This document shows positions 8,871 through 19,272 of a DNA stretch of 64,000 nt, piece after piece; position 1 is the first letter of the stretch; the number at the start of each line of letters is the position of its first letter. The notes under the pieces are model-generated. The model ran no database searches. It saw only the letters and a program-made list of their open reading frames with translations, and had not been told where the DNA came from. The translations under genes were made by a program, and so were the position numbers. The DNA lies in NCBI GenBank assembly GCA_965224465.1, contig OZ245049.1:3185895-3249894 (forward strand), written 5' to 3'. The stretch comes from Flavobacteriaceae bacterium (lineage in GTDB: Bacteria > Bacteroidota > Bacteroidia > Flavobacteriales > Flavobacteriaceae).

Positions 8871-9036
8871 GTATTTCTCTCTCTGAAATGCTGCTCCCGA
8901 TAGAAAATTAATTTTTGGGAAGTATAAACGTGTACTCTTAAAATGAGTTTGTTGATTTAAGAGTGTCGTTTTTTCCTAAAGTTAGGGAAAGGAATGCACG
9001 TTCTGATATAGATGAGTTTTCAAGTAATACCAACTA

Positions 9037-9184
9037 TATTTCCAAGTGACGATTTAGAAATGGAAATATTTTTTGTTTTAGCTAGGCGAAAACTGGAAGG
9101 ATAGCTCCGCTATCGTTCTGTTTTTCAATAACGCTAGAACGTAAAACAACCTATTTATATCGGTTATTTTGCATTGTAATTAGT
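9037..9184 (+). repeat. MITE-like repeat copy D
   Basis: ataccaactatatttccaagtgacg ... ttttgcattgtaattagt, with a GGATAG-ctccg-CTATCG hairpin. Confidence 0.75.
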
Positions 9185-9319
9185 CTAACTGGATAGGAAA
9201 GAAATGCCGGTTGGTTTGAATGCAAGCATCTTCTGTTTTATCTAGGAGGAAAAAACGGAGAAGTATTGATGATTGTGCAGTGTTTGGAGCTGCTATAATC
9301 CAGTAAGATGGTACGGTTT

Positions 9320-11116
9320 TTATTTGTCTCCTCTACTTTCCAGTTCCTTTTGGAATTCTTCCATTACAGGTTTTACAGTGCTTTCTGGGATGTCTGATAC
9401 ACGTATGTACATTAATCCATCTACAGCATTGTTAAATTTAGGGTCTACATTAAAAGCGACCAATCGAGCGTTTTGTTTTACGTATTTTTTTATCAATACA
9501 GGAATTCTAAGATTCCCAGGTTCAATTTCGTCTATAAATTTATCGAATTTTTGCATGTCTGCATTGGCTTCGTCGAAAACAAAATCTTTATCAGCATCTT
9601 TTAACTTTACTTTAAATTCTTTTTTAGGCTGAATGTACTGTGCCACATAAGGATCGTAGTAATGTGATTTCATAAATTCAATCATCAGTGATTTTGAAAA
9701 CTCCGAAAATTGGTTGCTGATACTTACCCCTCCAATTAAGTATTTGTACTCAGGATAACGTAGGGTGGTATGAACAATTCCCTTCCACAACAAGAAAAGA
9801 GGCATTGGTTTTTGTTGGTACTCTTTGATGATAAAAGCACGCCCCATTTCTATAGAGTCCTCCATCATTCCAAATAATTCTGGTTCGAATTTGAATAAAG
9901 TATGAATGTAAAATCCTTTAATTCCGTACTTTTTGAAAATAGATTTCCCGAGCCCCATACGGTAGGCACCTGCCAATTTATTAGCTTCTTTATCCCATAA
10001 AAATAGGTGGTGATAGTAGGTGTCAAATTCATCTAAATCGATGGCTAAATTTGTGCCTTCTCCTACCTCTCTAAAGGTTATTTCTCTAAGTCGTCCTATT
10101 TCTTGTAATAATTTAGGAATGGCATCACTAGGAGCGAAAAAAACCTCGTAATTTTTACTTTGTAAAAGTCTACCTTCATTTTCCCTCAAGGTGTCTACCT
10201 CTTTTATGATTGCGCCTATATCGCCTTGAGCTACTATTTTTTTAGGTGATCGAGGTATTTTTAAAGAGGAAACATTTAGAGAGGTTGATTTCTCTTTTTC
10301 GAACGGATTTGATAATAAATATGTTTTAGTTCGGATAAAATCACCTAAATCTTTGATGTTTTTGTATTCGTCTAATTGTTTTACAGAAATAGCTTTTCCG
10401 ATTCGTACTTTAACTACCCTTTCTTTTTGAGAAAGTAATTCTGAAGGTAATTTAGCGGTTCTTAGTTTGTCGCTTATTTTTGAAAGTATATAAAAATATC
10501 GGCTGTTTTTTGCGTGAAAATAAATAGGGATTACAGGTACTCTCGCTTTTTTAATTAATTTGATAGCTCCTTCTGCCCATGGTTTGTCTATGATTAGTTT
10601 TCCGTCTTTGTATGTAGAAACTTCTCCTGCAGGAAAAATCCCTAATGGATATCCGTCTTTTAGATGTTGTAACGCTTCTTTAATCCCCGTCAAACTAGAC
10701 TTCGTGTCTTTGTGGTTTTCAAAAGGGTTTACAGCCAGAACATAGGGTTTTAAAGGCTTGATGCGGTGCAGTAGAAAATTGGCGATAATTTTATAATCGG
10801 TACGTCTTTCTATTAAAAGTTTTAACAAGAGTACACCATCAATACCACCTAAAGGGTGGTTTGAGACGGTTATAAAAGGTCCATTTTTCGGGATTCTTTT
10901 AAGGTCGCTTTCAGGAACTTCAAACTTAATTTGCAAATCGTTTAAAAGAGACGTGAAAAATTCGATTCCTTTTAAATGTTTGTGTGTATTGTAAATTTTA
11001 TTAATGGTTGAAATTCTCAATATTTTTAAAAGAGACCAACCTATAAAAGTACCTAAAAAACCGTACTTTTCTACCTTGATCGCTTTGGCAACTTCTTTAG
11101 CTGTTACTAAACTCAT
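9320..11116 (-). CDS. bifunctional acyltransferase, OlsF-like: N-terminal PlsC-type O-acyltransferase plus C-terminal OlsB/hemolysin-like N-acyltransferase
   Basis: 598 aa. N-terminal domain carries NHPLGGIDG (PlsC-like HX4-5D box) and a PAGE-like motif (FPAGEVS). The C-terminal half is OlsB/GNAT-like. The domain order matches the OlsF described for Serratia and Flavobacterium ornithine-lipid synthesis. Confidence 0.55.
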   Translation of the reverse strand: MSLVTAKEVAKAIKVEKYGFLGTFIGWSLLKILRISTINKIYNTHKHLKGIEFFTSLLNDLQIKFEVPESDLKRIPKNGPFITVSNHPLGGIDGVLLLKLLIERRTDYKIIANFLLHRIKPLKPYVLAVNPFENHKDTKSSLTGIKEALQHLKDGYPLGIFPAGEVSTYKDGKLIIDKPWAEGAIKLIKKARVPVIPIYFHAKNSRYFYILSKISDKLRTAKLPSELLSQKERVVKVRIGKAISVKQLDEYKNIKDLGDFIRTKTYLLSNPFEKEKSTSLNVSSLKIPRSPKKIVAQGDIGAIIKEVDTLRENEGRLLQSKNYEVFFAPSDAIPKLLQEIGRLREITFREVGEGTNLAIDLDEFDTYYHHLFLWDKEANKLAGAYRMGLGKSIFKKYGIKGFYIHTLFKFEPELFGMMEDSIEMGRAFIIKEYQQKPMPLFLLWKGIVHTTLRYPEYKYLIGGVSISNQFSEFSKSLMIEFMKSHYYDPYVAQYIQPKKEFKVKLKDADKDFVFDEANADMQKFDKFIDEIEPGNLRIPVLIKKYVKQNARLVAFNVDPKFNNAVDGLMYIRVSDIPESTVKPVMEEFQKELESRGDK

Positions 11117-11215
11117 TAAATCGAAATTAATAGTAACTACAAAGGTACAACTTCTAGGTGGCTTTTAATAATGAATGCTTGTAAAGGGTAGTAATTTAAC
11201 GATTTTTTAGCTTAT

Positions 11216-12466
11216 TCAAGGATTTTGTATTAGTACTTGTACCGTTTGTTTGGTTGCTTGTTTTAATAAAACGGATCCTTTTTTTTCTATCAGTTCTACC
11301 GCTTTTTTTGTGGCGTATCTAATGGTGTAAAGTGTTATGTTTGAGTTGTAGTACACGGTGTAGTTTTCTTGAAGTTTTTTGATAAACATTTTAAATCTAT
11401 CGTGGTTGTCTTCCACGCAAACCGAAAAACTTAGGGCAGAATTTTGAATCAAATTTACGGTGAGTTTATAGTCATCTAAAAGTTGAAAAACATGCCTTAA
11501 GTTGGACGTGACCATAAAAGAAAAATCTTTTGCAGAAATGGAAACGAGGTATTGCTGTTTCTTTTGAATAAAACAAGGTGTTTCTGGACTTAAGGCGATT
11601 CCTTTTTGTACAACAGTTCCTGTTGTGTTTAAATTTTCAAAAGACCTTACGTGTAAAGGTATGTTTTTGTTTTCTAATGGTTTTAGCGTTTTAGGATGTA
11701 TCACAGTGGCGCCGTAAAAGGCCATTTCAGTAGCTTCTTTATAAGAGATTTTAGTTAAAAGAACAGTGTTTTTGAATGCCCTAGGGTCTGCATTTAGTAC
11801 GCCATCTACGTCTTTCCAAATAGTTACACTTTTTGCATTTAAACAGAAAGCAAAAATTGCTGCGGTAAAATCAGAGCCCTCTCTTCCCAGTGTGGTTGTT
11901 TGGTTGGTGACACCTCCTGCTACAAATCCCTGGGTGATACACAGTTTGTGCTGTATGTTTTGTTGGATGTTTTTTTCTGTCGTCTCCCAGTCTACGTTGG
12001 CTGCTCTAAAATTAGAATCTGTACGGATACAGGTTCGTACGTCTATCCAAGTATTTGGTATGTCCTGACTTTGGAGGTATGAGCTTACTATTTTTGTTGA
12101 TAATAGTTCCCCAAAGGATACGATCTGATCATAAATATAATCATAATTCTGAGACCTGTTACGAACTAAAAACCCACTTAGTTTTCCGAAAAGTAATTCG
12201 TTTTCCATAAAAATAGCAGCATCTTTTTGAAATAAGTCCGTACAAATTTGAGCGTGATAATCTCTGATTACATCAATAGAATGATTTAAAGTGTCGGATT
12301 TGCTCACATAGTCGTCTACTACTTTTTCAAATGCATTGGTCATCTTTCCCATTGCTGAGAGAATCACTACGGTATTTTGATACCCTTCATGTTTTAATAC
12401 GTGTACTATATTTTTAATAGCATCGGCACTTTTTACAGAAGCGCCTCCAAACTTAAATACTTTCAT
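11216..12466 (-). CDS. aspartate kinase
   Basis: N-terminal KFGGASV motif, amino-acid-kinase fold and C-terminal ACT-like region; 416 aa. Confidence 0.9.
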   Translation of the reverse strand: MKVFKFGGASVKSADAIKNIVHVLKHEGYQNTVVILSAMGKMTNAFEKVVDDYVSKSDTLNHSIDVIRDYHAQICTDLFQKDAAIFMENELLFGKLSGFLVRNRSQNYDYIYDQIVSFGELLSTKIVSSYLQSQDIPNTWIDVRTCIRTDSNFRAANVDWETTEKNIQQNIQHKLCITQGFVAGGVTNQTTTLGREGSDFTAAIFAFCLNAKSVTIWKDVDGVLNADPRAFKNTVLLTKISYKEATEMAFYGATVIHPKTLKPLENKNIPLHVRSFENLNTTGTVVQKGIALSPETPCFIQKKQQYLVSISAKDFSFMVTSNLRHVFQLLDDYKLTVNLIQNSALSFSVCVEDNHDRFKMFIKKLQENYTVYYNSNITLYTIRYATKKAVELIEKKGSVLLKQATKQTVQVLIQNP

Positions 12467-12469
12467 TTG

Positions 12470-12946
12470 TTATTGGTCTAAAAAGGATTTCATAGCAGTG
12501 CTGTCCATTTGTACATTGCACCATTCATTCATTACATTTGCACCTGTATTTTTATAAAAGTCTACTGCGGGAGTATTCCAATCCAGGACATTCCATTCAA
12601 TGCGTTTGACTCCTAAAGTATAGGCGTGTTCAATTACTTTCTTGTAAAGTTTCCCTCCTATTTTTAATTGGCGCTTGTCTTGTTGGACTATTAAATCTTC
12701 TAAATGAATCGTGGGACCTTTCCACGTAGAATATCGTGCATAAAACAAAGCCAGACCAACAATCTCCCCTTCGAGTTCTGCAACGTAGCATTCAAACAAA
12801 GGAGTTGTCCCGAAACCATGTTTTTCTAATTCTTGAATACTGATTTCTACGGCATCAGGTTCTTTTTCGAAGGTTGCTAATTCTTTAATTAATGAGAAAG
12901 CACTTGGCATGTCTGTTTTTTTTCCTTTTCTAATGATAAGATTCAT
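12470..12946 (-). CDS. GNAT-family N-acetyltransferase
   Basis: 158 aa with an acetyl-CoA-binding-like motif. Separated from aspartokinase by 3 bp, so likely an operon. Confidence 0.7.
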   Translation of the reverse strand: MNLIIRKGKKTDMPSAFSLIKELATFEKEPDAVEISIQELEKHGFGTTPLFECYVAELEGEIVGLALFYARYSTWKGPTIHLEDLIVQQDKRQLKIGGKLYKKVIEHAYTLGVKRIEWNVLDWNTPAVDFYKNTGANVMNEWCNVQMDSTAMKSFLDQ

Positions 12947-13009
12947 TTTTTTTTAAATTTTACACAAATTTACACGATATTTGTCAAAACACACAACAAC
13001 AAAAATTAA

Positions 13010-14047
13010 ATGAAACAAAGTAGAACTACCTTAGGAGAGTATATAATTGAAAATCAAAAACATTATAAGTCTACTTCTGGTGAGTTTTCGCGCTTAATCA
13101 GCTCTATTAGGCTCGCAGCGAAAATTGTAAATCACAAAGTAAATAAAGCAGGATTAAGTAATATTTTAGGTGCTGCAGGGGATGTTAATATTCAAGGAGA
13201 AGCACAGCAAAAGCTGGATGTTTTTGCCAATGAAATATTTATGCAAACCTTGATTAATCGTGAAATTGTTTGTGGAATAGCCAGTGAAGAAGAAGACAAA
13301 TTTGTTACAATTAAAGGAAAACATCAAACCAATGAAAACAAATATGTAGTTCTAATAGATCCTTTAGACGGCTCTTCTAATATAGACGTAAACGTATCTG
13401 TAGGGACTATTTTTTCTATTTATAGACGGATTACCCCTATAGGAACGCCCGTTGATGAAATGGATTTTTTACAGCGAGGGAGTCAGCAAGTTTGTGCTGG
13501 ATATGTAGTATATGGAACGTCAACAATGCTTGTTTATACTTCTGGGCATGGAGTGAATGGATTTACATTGAATCCAGCTATTGGCTCATTTTACCTGTCA
13601 CATCCCAATATGAAATTCCCTGAAAAAGGAAATATCTATTCGGTTAACGAAGGGAACTATGTGCATTTTCCTCAAGGCGTAAAAGATTATTTAAAATATT
13701 GTCAAGAAGAGGTTGATGACAGGCCGTACACATCACGTTATATCGGTTCCTTGGTGTCAGATTTTCATAGAAATATGATTAAGGGAGGAATTTATATGTA
13801 TCCTACCAGTACAAAAGCACCAAAAGGAAAATTGAGAATTTTATATGAATGTAATCCCATGGCATTTTTAGCAGAACAAGCGGGCGGGAAGGCTTCAGAT
13901 GGTTATATGAGAATTATGGACATTAAACCTACAGAATTGCATCAACGTGTTCCTTTTTTCTGTGGTTCAATAACCATGGTGGAAAAGGCAGAATCGTTTA
14001 TGTCTAAGTATCCAGAAGGTGCAAATTACAACGAAGAAGAAGTGTAA
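13010..14047 (+). CDS. fbp: fructose-1,6-bisphosphatase class I
   Basis: 345 aa with FBPase class I-like motifs. Confidence 0.9.
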   Translation: MKQSRTTLGEYIIENQKHYKSTSGEFSRLISSIRLAAKIVNHKVNKAGLSNILGAAGDVNIQGEAQQKLDVFANEIFMQTLINREIVCGIASEEEDKFVTIKGKHQTNENKYVVLIDPLDGSSNIDVNVSVGTIFSIYRRITPIGTPVDEMDFLQRGSQQVCAGYVVYGTSTMLVYTSGHGVNGFTLNPAIGSFYLSHPNMKFPEKGNIYSVNEGNYVHFPQGVKDYLKYCQEEVDDRPYTSRYIGSLVSDFHRNMIKGGIYMYPTSTKAPKGKLRILYECNPMAFLAEQAGGKASDGYMRIMDIKPTELHQRVPFFCGSITMVEKAESFMSKYPEGANYNEEEV

Positions 14048-14391
14048 ACTCTACGAGTTTTAGGAGCATCCTTAGGAGCAACGTGCAGTTTTGGCATATT
14101 TTTAAGAAGGTTTTTCTACCTTAAAAACAGGTCATAAAAAGGAATAAATAACGTCCATGGTAGTATAATAGCTATTGTGGGCGTTTTTTGTGATGCATTC
14201 TTTTTGGTGCTATTGTAACTTAATTTTAAAAGAATTGCTTGCGCCAGCCGTAGGGGATTGTTTTTAGGGTTAAGAACGGCTGCTTATCCGCTATTATAAT
14301 CATCATCAATATCATTATAAAGACAATCAATTTAATAGTGGAGTAAAATTGCATATCTTTAGGTACATTTACAAAACAAAAAATAGATATT

Positions 14392-15000
14392 ATGGCTTTT
14401 GAACTACCTAAATTACCTTACGCTTACGATGCGTTGGAACCACATATAGATGCAAGAACTATGGAAATTCACCACAGTAAGCATCACCAAGGATATACAA
14501 ATAATTTAAATAATGCGATTGCAGGAACCGATTTAGAAGGAAAATCAATCGAAGATATATTGGCTGGTTTAGACATGTCAAATGGAGCTGTTCGAAATAA
14601 CGGAGGTGGTTTTTATAATCATAGGTTATTTTGGGAAGTAATGTCTCCAAATGGAGGAGGAGAACCTACAGGTGAGTTGGCTACAGCTATTAATGATGCT
14701 TTTGGTTCGTTTGAATCATTTAAAGATGCGTTCTCTAAAGCAGCAGCTACGCAATTCGGATCTGGATGGGCATGGTTGTGTGTACATGCAGGTGGTAAAG
14801 TTTCTGTGTGTTCTACGCCAAATCAAGACAATCCGCTAATGGAAGAAGTTAATTGTGATGGACATCCTGTGTTGGGCTTAGATGTTTGGGAGCACGCTTA
14901 TTACTTAAATTACCAAAATCGCAGACCAGACTATATCAATGCATTTTTTAATGTAATTAATTGGGCGGAAGTTTCAAAACGGTACGCTTCAAACAAATAA
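14392..15000 (+). CDS. Fe/Mn superoxide dismutase
   Basis: [26 protein letters not shown] and DVWEHAYY metal-ligand motifs; 202 aa. Confidence 0.92.
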   Translation: MAFELPKLPYAYDALEPHIDARTMEIHHSKHHQGYTNNLNNAIAGTDLEGKSIEDILAGLDMSNGAVRNNGGGFYNHRLFWEVMSPNGGGEPTGELATAINDAFGSFESFKDAFSKAAATQFGSGWAWLCVHAGGKVSVCSTPNQDNPLMEEVNCDGHPVLGLDVWEHAYYLNYQNRRPDYINAFFNVINWAEVSKRYASNK

Positions 15001-15084
15001 TTTAGAGTTTCTGATTATTTACTAACAAATTAAGAGGTCCAATAGAAGTGAAAGCTATTATTGGATCTTTTTTTATTTGAGAAT

Positions 15085-15717
15085 TTATTTACGTCCAAAA
15101 TCGGCTGGGATCTCTCCCCAAGCTTTGGTTTCCCATTTTAATATTGTCGTGTTGTAATTGTTATTTCTTAGCCATGCTTCCGCACGTTTAATCAAGTCGA
15201 AAAGCGCTTTGTTTTCTTGAGTGATAGGAAGGTTTGTTCGGCATTGTTTTTTTTGAACCCAGCTCATTGCTATTCTCGAGTCAGAATAAATGGGGACATT
15301 GGATTTATGAATTTTTAAAAAACCTAGACCATGTACCAATGCTAAAAATTCACCTATGTTATTTGTTCCTTTTTTGTAAGGACCTTGAGTAAAATATTGT
15401 TTTTTTGATTTAGAGTCAACGCCTCTATATTCCATAACTCCTGGATTTCCTGCGCAAGCGGCATCTACAGAAATGGAAGGATATACAGGAAGTCCTATTT
15501 TTTTAAGCTCTTCTCTCGATAGAATTACTTTTTTGGTGTCTTTTCCTACGTAATCAAAATAGTTTTCTTTTAAGGCTTTTTCTGCTTCGTTTTTAGAAAC
15601 AAAAGATTTGTATTGTGCTCCTTTAAAATCAGTAATGTGTTTTTTACAGACTTTCCAAGAGGTGAAAACACCTGTTTTATGACCTTGCCATACTACATAG
15701 TACTTTTTCTTTCCCAT
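15085..15717 (-). CDS. rnhA: ribonuclease HI with an N-terminal hybrid-binding domain
   Basis: N-terminal YYVVWQGHKTGVF...W (HBD-type), then an RNase H fold with conserved acidic residues. Confidence 0.8.
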   Translation of the reverse strand: MGKKKYYVVWQGHKTGVFTSWKVCKKHITDFKGAQYKSFVSKNEAEKALKENYFDYVGKDTKKVILSREELKKIGLPVYPSISVDAACAGNPGVMEYRGVDSKSKKQYFTQGPYKKGTNNIGEFLALVHGLGFLKIHKSNVPIYSDSRIAMSWVQKKQCRTNLPITQENKALFDLIKRAEAWLRNNNYNTTILKWETKAWGEIPADFGRK

Positions 15718-15720
15718 AGG

Positions 15721-16293
15721 CTAGTTTTTCATTTTTAAAAGTACGGATTCAATAACCTGAGGAAAGTTGTTTTGCTCTAGGATGTGAATTTTTGCAGCTA
15801 CATCAGCGGCAGTGTCATTTGGAGAAAGACTTGTTTTACATTGAAAAATGATGGCTCCTTCGTCATAATGTTCATTTACATAGTGGATGGTAATTCCTGT
15901 TTCAATTTCTTTATTTGCGACCACCGCTTGGTGAACATTGCTCCCAAACATGCCTTTTCCTCCGTATTTAGGAAGCAGTGCAGGGTGGATGTTAATCACC
16001 TTATTTGGGAAGTTTTCTAATAAATTACTTGGAACTTTCCATAAAAAACCAGCTAAAATTATAATGTCTGCTTCTTTTTTTAGCAACTCTAAAACACGAG
16101 TACCTGTAAAAAAGTCAGCTTTACCGAATGTTAAGTTACTTACATTAAGTCTTTTAGCTCTGATCAAAACTTTGGCATCCTTGTTGTTAGATAAAACATA
16201 AGTAACACGTGCGATGTTACTGTTTTGAAAATAGGTAATGATGTTTTCGGCATTGGATCCAGATCCAGAAGCCAGAATTACAATTCTTCTCAT
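15721..16293 (-). CDS. purN: phosphoribosylglycinamide formyltransferase
   Basis: 190 aa with the formyltransferase core motif HPSLLP-like (HPALLPKYGG); 3 bp from rnhA. Confidence 0.88.
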   Translation of the reverse strand: MRRIVILASGSGSNAENIITYFQNSNIARVTYVLSNNKDAKVLIRAKRLNVSNLTFGKADFFTGTRVLELLKKEADIIILAGFLWKVPSNLLENFPNKVINIHPALLPKYGGKGMFGSNVHQAVVANKEIETGITIHYVNEHYDEGAIIFQCKTSLSPNDTAADVAAKIHILEQNNFPQVIESVLLKMKN

Positions 16294-16479
16294 AATAGTT
16301 TGGTTGCATTTGTTGCAAAATAAAACAAAAATACTAACAAATACAGGGTGTAGACGAAAAACTTAAGGGTTTGAAATAACTTTAAATTAGAGTTAATTTG
16401 ATTTATTATGGATAAAAGATTTTCAATTAGAGAAAGTTTTTTATTTTTGCCGTGTAATTAAATTTAAAATTAAAAAATT

Positions 16480-16716
16480 ATGTCAGACATTTCATCAAGA
16501 GTAAAAGCCATTATCGTAGATAAATTAGGCGTTGACGAAAATGAAGTAACAATTGAAGCGAGCTTCACAAATGATTTAGGAGCAGATTCACTTGACACTG
16601 TTGAACTAATCATGGAATTCGAAAAAGAATTTGATATTCAAATTCCAGATGACCAAGCTGAAAACATTGGAACTGTAGGTCAAGCAATTAGCTATATAGA
16701 AGACGCAAAAAAGTAA
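16480..16716 (+). CDS. acpP: acyl carrier protein
   Basis: 78 aa with the DSLD phosphopantetheine attachment motif ([16 protein letters not shown]). Confidence 0.95.
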   Translation: MSDISSRVKAIIVDKLGVDENEVTIEASFTNDLGADSLDTVELIMEFEKEFDIQIPDDQAENIGTVGQAISYIEDAKK

Positions 16717-16722
16717 TTTTAT

Positions 16723-17973
16723 ATGGAATTAAAACGAGTTGTAGTAACTGGACTTGGTGCATTAACACCAATTGGCAACAATGTAGAAGAGTATTGGAAA
16801 GGTTTAATTAACGGTGTTAGTGGAGCTGCTCCCATTACTCATTTTGATGCCTCCAAGTTCAAGACTCGTTTTGCTTGCGAGCTAAAGAATTTTAATGTTA
16901 ATGATTTCATTAACAGGAAAGATGCTCGAAAAATGGACAAGTTTACTCAGTATGCTATGGTAGCTGCTGATGAAGCTGTCCTAAATTCTAAGTTAGACTT
17001 AGAAAAAGTAGATAAAGACAGGGTTGGTGTAATTTGGGGAGCCGGAGTTGGTGGATTGGAAACATTTCAGAACGAAGTGTTGAATTTTGCGAAAGGCGAT
17101 GGTACTCCTAAATTTAACCCCTTCTTTATTCCTAAGATGATTCCAGATATTGCCCCAGGGTATATCTCGATTAAATATGGATTTAGAGGGCCAAACTTTA
17201 CCACGGTTTCTGCTTGTGCCTCCTCTGCCAATGCTATTATAGATGCTTTGAATTATATCCGTTTAGGATATGCAGATGTGATGGTTACGGGAGGGTCAGA
17301 ATCAGCAGTTATTGAATCTGGTATGGCTGGGTTTAATGCAATGCATGCTTTGTCTACAAGAAACGATGATCCAGCAACAGCCTCACGACCTTTTGACAAA
17401 GGAAGAGACGGTTTTGTGCTAGGAGAAGGTGCTGGAGCATTAATCTTAGAGGAATATGAACATGCGATGGCTAGGGGTGCTAAAATCTACGCAGAAGTAG
17501 GTGGAGGTGGACTGTCGGCAGATGCACATCATATCACTGCGCCTCATCCAGAAGGATTGGGAGCGAAGCTTGTAATGTTAAATTGTATCAAAGATGCTGG
17601 CTTAAAACCAGAAGATGTAGATGCCATCAATATGCATGGGACTTCTACACCACTTGGTGATATTGCAGAATCAAAAGCAATTAAAGCAGTTTTTGGAGAA
17701 CATGCTTATAAAATAAATATAAATTCTACCAAATCAATGACAGGTCATTTGTTAGGTGCAGCCGGAGCTATAGAAGCAATTGCTTCTATTTTATCAATAA
17801 ATAACGGAATCGTACCTCCAACAATTAATCATTTTGAAGATGATGATCAGATCGATAGCAAGTTAAACTTTACGTTTAATAAGCCTCAGAAACGTGTTAT
17901 AAAAGTTGCGATGAGCAATACATTTGGATTTGGAGGGCACAATGCCTGTGTGCTTTTCAAAAAATTTGATTAA
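16723..17973 (+). CDS. fabF: 3-oxoacyl-ACP synthase II
   Basis: 416 aa with active-site Cys context (TVSACASS) and HGTST / GHLLGAAG motifs. Confidence 0.95.
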   Translation: MELKRVVVTGLGALTPIGNNVEEYWKGLINGVSGAAPITHFDASKFKTRFACELKNFNVNDFINRKDARKMDKFTQYAMVAADEAVLNSKLDLEKVDKDRVGVIWGAGVGGLETFQNEVLNFAKGDGTPKFNPFFIPKMIPDIAPGYISIKYGFRGPNFTTVSACASSANAIIDALNYIRLGYADVMVTGGSESAVIESGMAGFNAMHALSTRNDDPATASRPFDKGRDGFVLGEGAGALILEEYEHAMARGAKIYAEVGGGGLSADAHHITAPHPEGLGAKLVMLNCIKDAGLKPEDVDAINMHGTSTPLGDIAESKAIKAVFGEHAYKININSTKSMTGHLLGAAGAIEAIASILSINNGIVPPTINHFEDDDQIDSKLNFTFNKPQKRVIKVAMSNTFGFGGHNACVLFKKFD

Positions 17974-17988
17974 GCAGGATAATTTTGA

Positions 17989-18726
17989 ATGAACTTCATT
18001 CGTAAAATAATAAAATCTCGGTCTCCCGAAGATGAGGCGTTTTATAATGATTTAAAACTTATTATGGGTTTTGGACCTAAGAATTTGAATTATTATAGAA
18101 AGGCTTTCTTACATCGTTCTTTAAAAAAGTTAGATGATATTGGGAATCCGAGAAATTATGAACGCTTAGAATTTTTAGGCGATGCCATGTTGGGCGGTGT
18201 AATCGCTTCTTACTTATTTAAAAAAGTTCCCGCTGGAGATGAAGGCTATTTGACTCAAATGAGGTCAAAAATTGTAAGTCGTGATCACTTGAACGAATTG
18301 GGACGTGATTTAAATTTAACGAAATTTGTCGAAAGCAATATTTCACGTAAAAAATTTGGAGAAAATATTCATGGAAATATTTTCGAAGCTTTAGTTGGAG
18401 CCATCTATTTGGATAGAGGCTACAATTATTGTAAAAGATTTGTATACCATTGCGTAATCAAACCTTATGTAGATATTCCTAAACTAGAAGGTAAAATTAC
18501 AAGTTATAAAAGTCTTTTTATAGAGTGGTGTCAGAAAGAAAAACATAGTTTCGAATTTCAAATATACGATGATACTGGGATAGAAAATCTCAAGTACTTT
18601 GGAGTTCGTTTGTTTTTAAATGGAAAAGTTATTTCTAAAGGAAGAGGTACCTCTAAAAAGAAAGCAGAAGAAGTTGCTGCCAAGCGTGGCTATTTTGTAT
18701 TTCAAGAGGATATTTCTAAAATGTAA
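17989..18726 (+). CDS. rnc: ribonuclease III
   Basis: ERLEFLGDA RNase III signature plus a C-terminal dsRBD. Confidence 0.9.
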   Translation: MNFIRKIIKSRSPEDEAFYNDLKLIMGFGPKNLNYYRKAFLHRSLKKLDDIGNPRNYERLEFLGDAMLGGVIASYLFKKVPAGDEGYLTQMRSKIVSRDHLNELGRDLNLTKFVESNISRKKFGENIHGNIFEALVGAIYLDRGYNYCKRFVYHCVIKPYVDIPKLEGKITSYKSLFIEWCQKEKHSFEFQIYDDTGIENLKYFGVRLFLNGKVISKGRGTSKKKAEEVAAKRGYFVFQEDISKM

Positions 18727-18810
18727 CCTACTGCACTAAAACGGTTTCGTAGAAAAAACCGTAGAGTCTCCTAACAATCCGTAACTTTGCCGTCAGTTTA
18801 ATAGAGATAT

Positions 18811-19269
18811 ATGCCTGTATTAACATTGGAAATGCCAGAGGATTATGTACTAGTCGGAATTCACTCAGTAGAGGAGGGTTATAGACTAGCGTACTTGTTT
18901 AATCAATGTTTAAACAGCTCATTTGTACTGTCTAAGATAAGTTTAGACTTTAAAAATAATACCGTACAGTTTCCTATATTTGAATGGGAGGACGCAGAAA
19001 ATTTTTCCAGTCAATATTTGATTGGAAATAAACAAATTACAAACTCAGAACCGTCAGAAGGTTTTGATTTGTTTAGTGGTCATATTAATACCATCCATTA
19101 TTTGATACCAGAGAAAAGAAAAATTGACTATTTCTTAAAGATAGAAGGTGACATTTGTGATAAAAAATTACGTAATTTCATGAAGCAAATAAATCAAATA
19201 CCTCAGGTACAATCTGCATATTTTGTAGATACAAACACAATAAAATCAACAAAAAATTTAATATTTTAA
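18811..19269 (+). CDS. IPExxxVDY-family protein (Bacteroidota-specific)
   Basis: 152 aa containing the motif IPEKRKIDY. The conserved position between rnc and pyk matches this family. Confidence 0.55.
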   Translation: MPVLTLEMPEDYVLVGIHSVEEGYRLAYLFNQCLNSSFVLSKISLDFKNNTVQFPIFEWEDAENFSSQYLIGNKQITNSEPSEGFDLFSGHINTIHYLIPEKRKIDYFLKIEGDICDKKLRNFMKQINQIPQVQSAYFVDTNTIKSTKNLIF

Positions 19270-19272
19270 TAC

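Noticed and set aside
6297-9184. Considered whether the dense direct repeats form a CRISPR array.
   Set aside because: Repeat units are about 160 bp, not 28-48 bp. They have terminal inverted repeats and irregular spacing from 1 bp to more than 2 kb. No spacer-like unique inserts and no cas genes are present.
9273-9632. 119-aa plus-strand ORF overlapping the 3' part of the OlsF-like gene.
   Set aside because: Antisense to a well-supported 598-aa CDS with conserved motifs; Ser/Leu/Phe-rich composition typical of spurious antisense frames.
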